Shown here one piece after another: positions 28,615-37,525 of a DNA stretch of 64,000 nucleotides. Each line of letters opens with the position of its first letter. The stretch's first letter is position 1. A program made the position numbers and the translations under genes. The stretch comes from Candidatus Latescibacterota bacterium. Its GTDB lineage: Bacteria; Latescibacterota; UBA2968; UBA8231. The stretch covers positions 2,048,001-2,112,000 of the forward strand of contig OY730476.1 in the NCBI GenBank assembly GCA_963422735.1. The letters run 5' to 3'. The notes beneath the pieces are model-generated. The model saw only the letters and a program-made list of their open reading frames with translations. It had not been told where the DNA came from and searched no databases.

Positions 28615-29709
28615 ATGGGTCGCAAAATACGCCTCGGTGTGCTCTGCGGTGGGCGATCGGCCGAACACGAAGTCTCGGTGATTTCGGCGCGCTCGATGTT
28701 GGAAGCCATCGACAAGGACAAGTACGAACTGGTGATGATCGGCATCTCCAAGGAAGGGCGCTGGCTGTCCGCAGCGGACACACAGCAGCTTCTGGCGTCT
28801 AGCCAAGTCCACGAGGATGGGCTAACGCCGGTGGCACTGGACTACCTGGGGACGCGCACGTTAGTGGCGCAGCAAGGCGATTGGCAGAGCCAAGCCCTCG
28901 ACGTAATCTTCCCGATCTTGCACGGTCCCTACGGCGAGGACGGCACCGTGCAGGGCCTGATGGAGTTGGCCAATATAGCGTATGTGGGGGCTGGAGTCGT
29001 CGGCTCGGCCGTGGGCATGGACAAGGAGCTGATGAAGCGGGCTTTCAAAGCCGAGGGGCTGCCGCAGGTGGATTATCAGGTAGTGCGGCGCAGCCGTTGG
29101 GAAGAGGACCGCGCCGGAGTGCGGGCCGAGATCGAAGCCGCGCTGGCCTATCCCGTCTTCGTCAAGCCGGTGAATCTTGGTTCGAGCGTCGGGGTAAGCA
29201 AGGCCCGCGATGGTGCCGAGCTAGAGCAAGCCATCGACGAAGCAGCGCAATACGACTACAAGGTCGTGGTCGAGGCCGAAGCTAGCGGCTGCCGCGAAGT
29301 CGAGGTGGCGATCTTGGGCAACGAGTCGCCAGAAGCGTCCATAGCCGGCGAGATCGTGCCGGGCAACGACTTTTACGACTACAACGCCAAATACATTGAC
29401 GACAATTCCGATCTGATTATTCCAGCGCGCATCTCGCCAGCTACCCAAGAGGCCGTGCGCAAGCTGGGCATCCGGGCCTTTCAGGCGGTGGAAGCTTCGG
29501 GGTTGGCGCGGGTGGATTTTTTTGTGCGCGAAAGCGACGAGGCGATTTTTGTCAACGAGATCAACACCATGCCGGGGTTTACGCCCATCAGCATGTATCC
29601 CAAGCTGTGGGAGGCGTGCGGAGTGAGCTACGGGGCGTTGATCGACCGGTTGGTGCAGTTGGGTATCGAGCGGCACGAAGACAAGCAGAAGACGAAGACG
29701 GCGCGGTAA
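28615..29709 (+). CDS. ddl: D-alanine--D-alanine ligase
   Basis: GGRSAEHEVS..SA, HGPYGEDG..QG, VKP.N.GSS.G, FYDY.AKY and NEINTMPGFT.ISMYP. Confidence 0.96.
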   Translation: MGRKIRLGVLCGGRSAEHEVSVISARSMLEAIDKDKYELVMIGISKEGRWLSAADTQQLLASSQVHEDGLTPVALDYLGTRTLVAQQGDWQSQALDVIFPILHGPYGEDGTVQGLMELANIAYVGAGVVGSAVGMDKELMKRAFKAEGLPQVDYQVVRRSRWEEDRAGVRAEIEAALAYPVFVKPVNLGSSVGVSKARDGAELEQAIDEAAQYDYKVVVEAEASGCREVEVAILGNESPEASIAGEIVPGNDFYDYNAKYIDDNSDLIIPARISPATQEAVRKLGIRAFQAVEASGLARVDFFVRESDEAIFVNEINTMPGFTPISMYPKLWEACGVSYGALIDRLVQLGIERHEDKQKTKTAR

Positions 29710-29715
29710 GCTTCT

Positions 29716-30423
29716 ATGCAGAAAGCGCGTTGGGAAAAGGGCAACGTCAGCAACCTGATTTCGCTAGCCCTGTTGCTAGCAGGCCTATGGGGGCGCGTGG
29801 AGGGAGTTGATGGCAGCGAATGGGTGCTGGCGGTTGGGTTGTTTGGCTTTGCCGGCGGGGCGACCAACTGGTTGGCCGTAAAAATGCTCTTTGACCGGGT
29901 GCCATTGCTGTACGGGTCGGGGGTGATTCCAGCGCGGTTTCGCGCTATCAGGGAAGCGGTCAAAGACGCCATCATGCGCTACTTCTTCGACGAGGAGTAT
30001 CTAGAGCGATTCTTTGCCGAGCGGATAGTTGGAGAGGATGTGGGGGAAAAGGTGCAAACCGTGCTAGCGTCCGAGGAGGTGGACGCGATCATCGACCGCA
30101 AGCTGGAAGAGTTGGCGGCATCGCCGCAAGGAATGATGATCCAGTTGGTGGGGACGCAGACAGTCAAGCCGCTAGTCAAGCAGTTCGTGATCGGAGTCGG
30201 GAGCGAAATCGCGCCGCTTTTGGCCGACGGAGCGGGCACAGAGGTCAACGCGATGCGAACGCAGGTTGACGGACTGCTAGAGGCCAAGCTAGAGGAGCTG
30301 ACGCCCAACCGGGTCAAGGAGATGATGGAGGAAGTAATCCGCGAGCACTTGGGCTGGCTGATCCTCTGGGGCAATGTGTTCGGCGGCGCGATTGGACTGT
30401 TATCTAAAGCACTGGGGTACTAA
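29716..30423 (+). CDS. DUF445 family membrane protein
   Basis: FGFAGG.TNWLA.KMLF...P.LYGSGVIP.RF and HLGWL..WGNVFGG.IG. Confidence 0.8.
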   Translation: MQKARWEKGNVSNLISLALLLAGLWGRVEGVDGSEWVLAVGLFGFAGGATNWLAVKMLFDRVPLLYGSGVIPARFRAIREAVKDAIMRYFFDEEYLERFFAERIVGEDVGEKVQTVLASEEVDAIIDRKLEELAASPQGMMIQLVGTQTVKPLVKQFVIGVGSEIAPLLADGAGTEVNAMRTQVDGLLEAKLEELTPNRVKEMMEEVIREHLGWLILWGNVFGGAIGLLSKALGY

Positions 30424-30430
30424 AATGAGT

Positions 30431-30642
30431 CGGAATTTCCTAGTGTACGGTTGGGAATTCCGGTTTCATGTAGGCGGTATCACTCGGCCTGCCCGTCGCC
30501 CTCGTCCGGGCCCGCGCGGTCCCCCGCGTCAATGTTCCGGGGCCCGTCGCCGGGTACCCGCCGCCAAGGGGGCGGATGGAACGGACCACTGAACACTGAA
30601 CACTGAACACTGATTAAACAGTCCTTATTCTAGGAAAGTCCG
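30431..30642. mobile_element. 212-bp non-autonomous MITE, IS1595-family (ISNha5-group-like) ends, 8-bp target-site duplication
   Basis: Terminal inverted repeats CGGAATTTCCTAG (30431-30443) and CTAGGAAAGTCCG (30630-30642) match at 12/13. They are flanked by the direct repeat AAATGAGT (30423-30430 and 30643-30650). Confidence 0.85.
30587..30614 (+). repeat. Heptamer tandem repeat (CACTGAA)x3 + CACTGAT inside the MITE
   Basis: Read directly from the sequence. Confidence 0.9.
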
Positions 30643-30644
30643 AA

Positions 30645-31451
30645 ATGAGTCTATGGAATTTGCGCGGCGAAGTAGCGGCGGTCGTCGGTGGGACCGGCGT
30701 ATTGGGCGGAGCGATGGCCCAAGGATTGGCCGAGGCCGGAGCCTCCGTAGCAGTGTTGGGGCGAGACCACGACCGGGGGTATGAGCGCGTGGCGGCGATA
30801 GAGACAGCAGGAGGCACGGGCGTTTTCGCCGCCTGCGACGCCACGGACAAAGCGTCGCTCAAGGCAGCCCATGAAGCGGTCACCGCGGCGTTGGGTCCCG
30901 TCAATGTGCTGCTCAACGCAGCCGGCGGCAATCAGCCACAGGTGACCCTGACCGCCGATCTGGACTTTGCCGCGATAGCAACCGACGATTGGCAGCGTTG
31001 TTTCGACCTGAACTTGGGAGCTGGTGCGCTATTGCCCTGCCAAGAATTCGGGTCGGCCATGGTCGCGCAGGGCCGGGGCAGCATCATCAACATCGCCTCG
31101 GTCGCCGCTCACTTGCCGGTTTCGCGGGTGGTGGCGTATTCGGCGGCCAAAGCGGCCGTAGTGAACCTAACGCAGTTCCTCGCACGGGAGTGGGCCGACA
31201 AAGAAGTGCGGGTCAACTCCATCACCCCGGGCTTTTTCCCCGCCGAGCAAAACCGCCGCTTGCTCTTTGAAGACGACGGCACCCCAACCGAGCGCGGCAA
31301 ACAAATCCTCTCCCACACGCCCATGAACCGCTTTGGCCGCCCCGAGGAGCTGGTCGGCGCAGCGGTGTTCCTCGCGTCGGACGCGGCCAGCGGCTTTGTA
31401 ACCGGCACGGACATCCGCGTTGACGGGGGGTTTTTGGCGACGACGATCTAA
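30645..31451 (+). CDS. SDR family oxidoreductase (D-mannonate/gluconate dehydrogenase-like)
   Basis: GGTGVLG, NAAGGN, YSAAK, VRVN.I.PGFFPAEQNR.LL and HTPM.RFG. Confidence 0.92.
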   Translation: MSLWNLRGEVAAVVGGTGVLGGAMAQGLAEAGASVAVLGRDHDRGYERVAAIETAGGTGVFAACDATDKASLKAAHEAVTAALGPVNVLLNAAGGNQPQVTLTADLDFAAIATDDWQRCFDLNLGAGALLPCQEFGSAMVAQGRGSIINIASVAAHLPVSRVVAYSAAKAAVVNLTQFLAREWADKEVRVNSITPGFFPAEQNRRLLFEDDGTPTERGKQILSHTPMNRFGRPEELVGAAVFLASDAASGFVTGTDIRVDGGFLATTI

Positions 31452-31490
31452 GAAGCGCGAGAAACCACGCTTTACCGGAAAAAAACGTCA

Positions 31491-31703
31491 CAGTTTGCGA
31501 TTTGTCTCAACAACGAGGGCTATGAGGCTTCCCTCGAAGTCGGAAGAGTGTATCGCGCACTTCCCGATCGGGAGGCCGTTGCACACAGATACATCCGCAT
31601 AGTGGATAAAAGTGGCGAAGATTACGCATTTGATGCCCACCGATTTTACAAGATCGAATTTCCACCGCCGGTTAAAGCAACACTAAATGCTGCGCTACAC
31701 TAG
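31491..31703 (+). pseudogene. Small conserved hypothetical protein lacking a canonical start codon
   Basis: Open frame QFAICLNNEGYEASLEVGRVYRALPDREAVAHRYIRIVDKSGEDYAFDAHRFYKIEFPPPVKATLNAALH* resembles a small widespread family (Y.ASLE..K.Y....D...IRV.DESGEDY). There is no ATG/GTG/TTG start between the upstream in-frame stop (31449) and the conserved region. Confidence 0.55.
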
Positions 31704-31707
31704 GTCA

Positions 31708-31875
31708 TCAGGAGGCTAGGAATATGGTCTCGGACATCCGCGTTGGCTCATCCATTCTAAGCGTTGTTGCGGACAGGCTATTGGGTCGGCTAGTGATTTG
31801 GGGCAGGACATTGAGTAACGATGCCACGTCTCCTCTTTCAGCCAGCCTCACCGCAATCGCGCTGTCACTGATATA
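31708..31875 (-). pseudogene. Truncated cassette gene, GNAT acetyltransferase-like N-terminus
   Basis: Just downstream of attC-1: GGGGA RBS-like, then ATC (possibly a decayed ATG) SDSAIAVRLAERGDVASLLNVLPQI. Confidence 0.35.
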
Positions 31876-31898
31876 CCAGTCCCCATTCAGAGCATGGC

Positions 31899-31988
31899 CA
31901 CTAACGTTCGCAGGTAAACGAACCTGCACAGCAGGTTGCCCGTAGGCCAAGCCGCGTATGCGGCGCAGCATTTACCCGACGTTATCTG
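31899..31988 (-). mobile_element. Integron attC recombination site (attC-1)
   Basis: Minus strand: CAGATAAC-gtcg-GGTAAATG...internal hairpins...CGTTTACC-tgcgaac-GTTAGTG, i.e. the R''/L''/L'/R' architecture, about 90 bp, overlapping the stop of the upstream gene. Confidence 0.8.
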
Positions 31989-32808
31989 AAGCTAATCCCA
32001 GTATCCCTTTTACCCATTGAAGCCCCTCCAACACAAAGCCATGATCGGGTGTAAAGTGGGGGGTGTGTTCCCACACCAGTAGCGCATTCATCTCTTTTAT
32101 TTCAGAAAGCAAGGGTTTGATGGTAAAGAAATCTTCGCTGTCTTCATAAGATGGATGGACCGGAACCCAATAGTACTTCTCTGAAGTTACTTTCACGTTG
32201 TGGACATGGAGTGCGTCAATCACATCGCGCCACCGACGCAACTCTACCAGACATTCCTCCAGCGTTTCCGATGCCAAAAGATAGTCGCCCATGTCCCAGC
32301 ACATTAAGACCCCAAATTCGCGCCATTGGTCCACAGGATAAAATTTCAGAATACCAATCCCTCCTGGATCTCGTCTGATACCGAGTTTGGGCTCGCACAA
32401 GACTTTGGTTCCATAGCTAGCCTGCAAGGAACGGAGGCGATTTAACCCGACCTCAATCTGGGGAATAGGGTAATCCTCAGAGGCCAATGGGAAATACGGA
32501 AAGTGTACAAGGACATATTCGACTTGGTTATCCTGAGCGATGCCCAGCTCCTCCTCAAGTTGGTGCCACGCCTGTTCGGGAGATTGTTGAACTTGCGTTA
32601 AGAGATCGTATTTGCTTCCTCCTTTAAAAAGGGGGGAATGGAACCCTACGCTAATCGACTGTTGACGTGCATGTGTGAGCAGCGTATCGAGATCTGTAGA
32701 GGCGGAAAGATCCCCCACCTCAACATGGTCAATTCCATCCCAGAACAGTTCGTCAAGTCGATCTGATTCAGATAATACAGTACTGCCAGAAACTCCAACT
32801 CTAACCAT
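31972..32808 (-). CDS. Xylose-isomerase-like TIM barrel (sugar phosphate isomerase/epimerase family) protein, carried as a gene cassette
   Basis: GFHSPL, YVLVHFP, CE, CWD.GD, LHVHN and WEH metal-ligand pattern; visibly AT-richer than the flanks; bounded by attC sites. Confidence 0.75.
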   Translation of the reverse strand: MVRVGVSGSTVLSESDRLDELFWDGIDHVEVGDLSASTDLDTLLTHARQQSISVGFHSPLFKGGSKYDLLTQVQQSPEQAWHQLEEELGIAQDNQVEYVLVHFPYFPLASEDYPIPQIEVGLNRLRSLQASYGTKVLCEPKLGIRRDPGGIGILKFYPVDQWREFGVLMCWDMGDYLLASETLEECLVELRRWRDVIDALHVHNVKVTSEKYYWVPVHPSYEDSEDFFTIKPLLSEIKEMNALLVWEHTPHFTPDHGFVLEGLQWVKGILGLASDNVG

Positions 32809-32830
32809 GAAAACTGCTTTCTCTTGGTTT

Positions 32831-32892
32831 CAGATAGCGTACCCGCGGGCTGCGAACTTGCCGTACGGAGGCGCAGCCCGTCGTGTTATGTG
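32831..32892 (-). mobile_element. Integron attC recombination site (attC-2), R' core decayed to GCTA
   Basis: Minus strand: CACATAAC-acga-CGGGCTGCG...CGCAGCCCG-cgggtac-GCTATCTG. Its R' (GCTATCTG) is complementary (7/8) to the R'' CAGATAAC of attC-1, as expected for one cassette. Confidence 0.75.
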
Positions 32893-33240
32893 TAGTTACA
32901 GTTTTCCATTTCCTTTACGCTAGCCTGTCGGCGGAAAATGAGCATTGCCGGATGGTCGAATCCCAGAAATGAGACCTCGGCATCGTCGTCCACTAGGGAG
33001 ATCCCGAACATGCGTGGTGTGCAGACCGCCTATCATCGCTAGGGATACCAGGCACCAGACGAGTACGGGTAGTTCGCCCCTCCGGCGGTGCCACAGCGTC
33101 CACAGTATCCCCAGAAAATCCAAGGGTCAGCGGCCAACCCACCGCTTGGGCCAAAGGTGGGTCCAGTAGTGGAGATACGGCGTGGTGTGCATATCGACTA
33201 AGGACCACGGACGTAGAAGCGTACTACGAGCGACGTCCAT
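32886..33240 (-). pseudogene. Decayed membrane glycosyltransferase (GT39/ArnT-like) fragment ending in attC-2
   Basis: Pieces in different frames: RPWSLVDMHTTPYLHYWTHLWP / AVGWPLTLGF / LGILWTLWHRRRGELPVLVWC...HTTHVR / DDDAEVSFLGFDHPAMLIFRR...T*. The stop TAA lies inside the attC R'' box. Confidence 0.5.
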
Positions 33241-33375
33241 TGAATAGGCGAAGCCGTCGGTGGAGGTGTTTTCCACAGCCGCTTAGGTGATACAGCATTA
33301 GGAGCTCGCCCCAGCCCCTAGGAGCAGACAAAGTGTTGCGGCTGTTCAATACCACGTTCTGGTGGACATGGAAAT

Positions 33376-34872
33376 TTAGAGATCAAACGAACGGGGCACC
33401 GGCCGGCCCCGTGCCCCGTGTAAAAACGCGTCGTCCGGGCGCGGCCAGCGCATCGCGTACTGCCGGCTGCGCTGGCGGCGGTAGCCAGCATTGTAGTACG
33501 TGCTCGCGGCGAGCCAGCCAAGCAGACGGGCCGTAAGTTCGCTTTGCAGTTCTCGCTTCTCGACTCGGCCCCAGAGGTTCCACAGCTCGTGCGGGTCCTG
33601 CTCCAAGTCGTATAGCTCGCCCTGATCTTGGCCGATGTAATAGACCATCTTGTGCCGCTGGCCGCGCATCATCACCTGATAGTTATCCTCGCAGAACACC
33701 CATTTGCGCGGAACAAAACCCGCATCCGGTGCCTCTAAGTAGGGTCGGAGCGAACGCCCCTCCAGGTAGCTGGGCACCTCCACGCCAGCCGCTTCTAGGA
33801 TCGTCGGCCCCAAATCCATCAGCGAGACCAAATCGCCGCTCTCGCGGCCCTTTTGCGTCCGACGGCTGTCGCGCACAATCAGCGGCACGTGTACCACGGG
33901 GTCGTACATCAGCCATTTGTACGCCAGCCCGTGATCGCCCAACAGCTCGCCGTGATCCGAACAGAAGATCAGTAGGCTATTGTCCAAGAAGCCTCGCGCC
34001 TGCAGCGCGTCGAGGACCTCGCCCAGCTTCTCATCCACCGTGGTGATCTTAGCGTAGTAGTGCCGCCGCATCCGGGCGATGTCCTCTTCGCTGGGCGCGG
34101 TCATGTCGATGACGGACTCATGCTGGGTTTCAGCGTGCATCTTTTTGTGCGCCGCGTGCTGGGGCGGCTTGTCCTCTAGCTCGCCATCGCGCATCACGCA
34201 CGGAGGCATTGGCCGCCCCTCGTACTGCTCCAGATGCCTCGGCAGCGGATCCCACGGCTCGTGCGGGCCGGTAAAACCTACCTGTAAGAAAAACGGAGAC
34301 CGGCCCTTGTAATCGCGGATCCAAGCAAGGGCAGAGTCGCCGATAAAGACATCCGAGTGAAAGCGCTCCTCTAAATGCCAAGGGACGCCTTGGTATTTCT
34401 GCAGCCAATGGGGATCGGTTTTGTTGCGGTCATTGGGCCGCTCTAAGCCGTGAATCCGCAGATAGCGGCCCCAATCGTCGTCGGCCCCGCCCGAGTCGAG
34501 GTATTTGCTAGTGGGATTCTCCACGACGACCCGCTCGTGGAAGCCCCCGGCGACATCGCGCGGAGCAAAGTGCATCTTGCCTATGTTGACGCAGTGATAA
34601 CCCGCGTCGTTGAGGTCTTGCACCCAATTGCGGTGATCGGCCCAGTGGTCGAAGCTGTACACGCCGGTATTGTGTGGGTACATACCCGTGAAGATCGCCG
34701 CCCGCGAGGCAATGCAGGTTGCGCCCGGGCAAAAGGCATTGCGGAAGGAAAGCCCCTCGGCGGCCAAGCGGTCCATCGCCGGCGTGATCGCGTAGTCGTA
34801 GCCCCAAGCGCCGATCGCGTCGAAGCGCTGTTGGTCGGTCATAATGAGGATGATATTGGGCTGCTTTAGCAT
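33376..34872 (-). CDS. Formylglycine-dependent sulfatase (choline-sulfatase-like), CxAxR variant
   Basis: PNIILIMTDQQR, CIASR...FTG, GKMH, PHEP, SDHG, K and ELYDL..DP.E..NL; RBS GGAGG. Confidence 0.92.
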   Translation of the reverse strand: MLKQPNIILIMTDQQRFDAIGAWGYDYAITPAMDRLAAEGLSFRNAFCPGATCIASRAAIFTGMYPHNTGVYSFDHWADHRNWVQDLNDAGYHCVNIGKMHFAPRDVAGGFHERVVVENPTSKYLDSGGADDDWGRYLRIHGLERPNDRNKTDPHWLQKYQGVPWHLEERFHSDVFIGDSALAWIRDYKGRSPFFLQVGFTGPHEPWDPLPRHLEQYEGRPMPPCVMRDGELEDKPPQHAAHKKMHAETQHESVIDMTAPSEEDIARMRRHYYAKITTVDEKLGEVLDALQARGFLDNSLLIFCSDHGELLGDHGLAYKWLMYDPVVHVPLIVRDSRRTQKGRESGDLVSLMDLGPTILEAAGVEVPSYLEGRSLRPYLEAPDAGFVPRKWVFCEDNYQVMMRGQRHKMVYYIGQDQGELYDLEQDPHELWNLWGRVEKRELQSELTARLLGWLAASTYYNAGYRRQRSRQYAMRWPRPDDAFLHGARGRPVPRSFDL

Positions 34873-37400
34873 GGTATTTCCTCCAATCCTGCTTCTGCGA
34901 GTGCCCCCAGTAGCGATGGCACACCAAAGAATACTAAGCTCAACGCGGTCGGGTGCATGGCCACCGCACCCCGGTAATCCGGGCGGTCGCTCCAGTCCTG
35001 CTGGGCGATTAACTCGGCCAGCACCGCGCGAGCCACCTCCAGATAGGCCCGCTCCCCGGTCAGCCGCCAAGCGTACGCCAGCGAGCCGCAAAGTACGCCG
35101 TGGTAGCTTTGGGCACAGGCAAACTCGGCGTCGAAGACGCCTTTGCCGCCGCAAAACCAGTCAACGGCACGCACGAAAACCTCGGCCACGTCCGCACGCC
35201 CGGTCATCCTGTGTAGCCGCTCTAGCCCGATCATCAAATAGTGCGTCTGATAGCCCTTTTGCTCCTCGTAGGGCAAAACCCGCTTTAATGAGCTAAAGCT
35301 CCCCCGCAGCGCGAGGAATTCTTTGTCGCTAAACGGGGCCGCCGCGCCCATTTCCACCGCGAGGGTCGTGCCCTCAGTGGCCATGCCGTACGGCCCCTGG
35401 TCGGGCAGCTTGCCCTCGGTGGATACCTGGAAGCGCTTGTGCCAACTGCCGTCTTCGTTTTGGCCGCGAGCCACCGCGTCGTACACCTCGTCGGCTCGGC
35501 GCATAAAGCGCGCTTCGCCGGTCAGCTCGTACAGATAGAGCAAGCCCCGCAGCGCGTTGCCGATGGAGCGCAAGCTGAAGCTGTAGCGCGGGTCTTCGCT
35601 CCAGCGGTAGCGCAGGAAAAATTCCCCGGCCTCGCGCAAGACCTCCCGCGCTCGCTCGTCACCGCTCAAGTAGTAGTAATCCACCCAATTGTCGATAAAG
35701 GTGTGCGAAGCGCACGGCTCGTCGCCAAAGTGGTCCATGCTGTGGCGGAAACACCCGCCGACCATGTAGGGCCGAAACGGGTGATAGTGACAGGTATCTA
35801 CGTCCAGCGAGTGCCGGGTCATGGCCTCGCCGAGCGCGTAGTAGTGCCCCTCACCCGTGCGCAAGTACTGCAACCACACGGCGTGGCGCGGGTCCCATTC
35901 GCTGTTGCACCAACCCCAGCGGCCCTTGAAGCGCCAGCCTCCTGCGCTCTCTTCCCAAGTGGCCATCACGTCGCCCCAATCGAAAAACCCCTTCCAGCGA
36001 TAGCGCTCAATGTGCCTTTCCATCCAGGCGACAAAGCCCGTCAACATGCGGTCCGAGCGCGGAAACTCCGCGCCTGTTGCCAAGCCGCCGACTGCTCCGC
36101 TTTGCGCCACCCAATCCGGCGCGACGCTCACCTGTGGCGGGTGTAAAAGGCCCTGCAACCGCTCGCTGTCGGCGGAACCGGCGCGAAAAAAGTCGACGAA
36201 AAATTCGCTGCTCTTCGCAGTACCCGTGCCGTCGGCATAGACCCCTTCGCCTTCGTGCCAAGCCACCTCCTCGGCGTAGCGTTTGCAGCTAAGCCGCCGG
36301 CCGGCTGGGTCGCGCCAAAAAAAGACATCGATACCTTGCCCACCTACGCCGAGGGCCTTGGGATACTCCTCGGCCATATAGCGCAGCGCGACGCCGACGC
36401 CGACGCGGTCGTTCTCGGCGCAAATCCAGCCGGCAGCGCGCACTCCCTCGGCCCGCACGGCGTGCTCAACTCCCTCGTACTCCTCCCAATAGAAGTGATT
36501 GTCCTGCCGCTGCGAGAGCAATGCATAATGCTCGGCCACCCAAGGTCCCGCCATGACCCGCCCGGCTCCGACGCGCCAAGTGCCGCTGCCTTTGGGCAAG
36601 ATTGGGACGCGCAAGCCCAGTTCCTCTACCTCGGTCTCGCGCGGATTACAGGTGACGATCACCGTGTGTACCACCCGCACTTGCGCCTTGCCAGCATAGG
36701 CGTAGATCCGGGTCGCAAAGCGCAGCGGGCGATAGCCGGCGTAGTGGTGCATGGGCGCGGTTGACTCGTAGGCACCTCGGCAGCAAATCACCGCCCGCAA
36801 GGGGCCGGCCTCTTCGACCTCGACGGCGTATTCTTCCACGCCCTCTGACGCCAAACACGTGCCCCCCATTCCGTAGATGCGCCGCTTTGTTCCTCCGGCG
36901 AACTCCGACTCGGCGATCTTGGCCCAAGCATCGCCACCGCCCCGAGGTGTGACCTCCATCTCGGAGACAAACGACCCTTCGGCTCGCTGGCCTAGCTCTA
37001 CTCCGTCAAAAAGCGCGAATGCCTTTTTGCCAATGCCAAATCGCAGGGGTCCGGTGCATATCTCAAGGCGATCTTCCCACTCGGAGATTTCCACGCCGCA
37101 GACGCTCGCCGTGGCTTTTGGGTCTTTTGTGTGCTTCAAGATGTACACAGTCTCTTTGCCCGCTTCTACATGGGCCTGAAAGTCCACTAGGACCCACTTC
37201 GCGCTGTCGTCCGGCCAGCGGCCCAAGACCCGTAGCTGCCTCGGAACATCTCGGCCCTGCGCGTCCAGTAAAGACAGATTCTCCACGCCTGCTACGGCAC
37301 CTTGGGGCAGGGGGACGCCTCTTGTCAGGGGGTACTTTCGGCGGGTAATGCCCGCGGTCTCTGCTACTTTTAAGGCAATGCCTTCGTCGGGTATGCTCAC
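34866..37400 (-). CDS. PcRGLX/YetA-like (PL26-type exo-polysaccharide lyase-like) large protein
   Basis: PLTRGVPLPQG, WPDDS.KWVLVDF, GPLRAVI, W.GFFDWGDVM, WCNSE, RH..DVD..H and SHTF....YYYLSGD.RA; GTG start after AAGGAG. Confidence 0.6.
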   Translation of the reverse strand: MSIPDEGIALKVAETAGITRRKYPLTRGVPLPQGAVAGVENLSLLDAQGRDVPRQLRVLGRWPDDSAKWVLVDFQAHVEAGKETVYILKHTKDPKATASVCGVEISEWEDRLEICTGPLRFGIGKKAFALFDGVELGQRAEGSFVSEMEVTPRGGGDAWAKIAESEFAGGTKRRIYGMGGTCLASEGVEEYAVEVEEAGPLRAVICCRGAYESTAPMHHYAGYRPLRFATRIYAYAGKAQVRVVHTVIVTCNPRETEVEELGLRVPILPKGSGTWRVGAGRVMAGPWVAEHYALLSQRQDNHFYWEEYEGVEHAVRAEGVRAAGWICAENDRVGVGVALRYMAEEYPKALGVGGQGIDVFFWRDPAGRRLSCKRYAEEVAWHEGEGVYADGTGTAKSSEFFVDFFRAGSADSERLQGLLHPPQVSVAPDWVAQSGAVGGLATGAEFPRSDRMLTGFVAWMERHIERYRWKGFFDWGDVMATWEESAGGWRFKGRWGWCNSEWDPRHAVWLQYLRTGEGHYYALGEAMTRHSLDVDTCHYHPFRPYMVGGCFRHSMDHFGDEPCASHTFIDNWVDYYYLSGDERAREVLREAGEFFLRYRWSEDPRYSFSLRSIGNALRGLLYLYELTGEARFMRRADEVYDAVARGQNEDGSWHKRFQVSTEGKLPDQGPYGMATEGTTLAVEMGAAAPFSDKEFLALRGSFSSLKRVLPYEEQKGYQTHYLMIGLERLHRMTGRADVAEVFVRAVDWFCGGKGVFDAEFACAQSYHGVLCGSLAYAWRLTGERAYLEVARAVLAELIAQQDWSDRPDYRGAVAMHPTALSLVFFGVPSLLGALAEAGLEEIPC

Positions 37401-37525
37401 GTGCCTTCTCCTTGGCTTCGTCCGGCTAGGAAAAATAAGCAAGCGACCAACGCCCTCCAACCCGCATTGACCCATCTCCACCCCCCTCCTATCTTCTCGC
37501 TGCCCAAGCAAAAGGAACCGCCGCC

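Noticed and set aside
30587-30614. Tandem repeats as a possible CRISPR array
   Set aside because: The units are 7 bp with no spacers, and there are no cas genes; this is a simple heptamer repeat.
33127-33129. In-frame TGA in the GT39-like fragment as possible selenocysteine or readthrough
   Set aside because: Homology continues in another frame (AVGWPLTLGF), so frameshift decay explains it; no SECIS-like context was seen.
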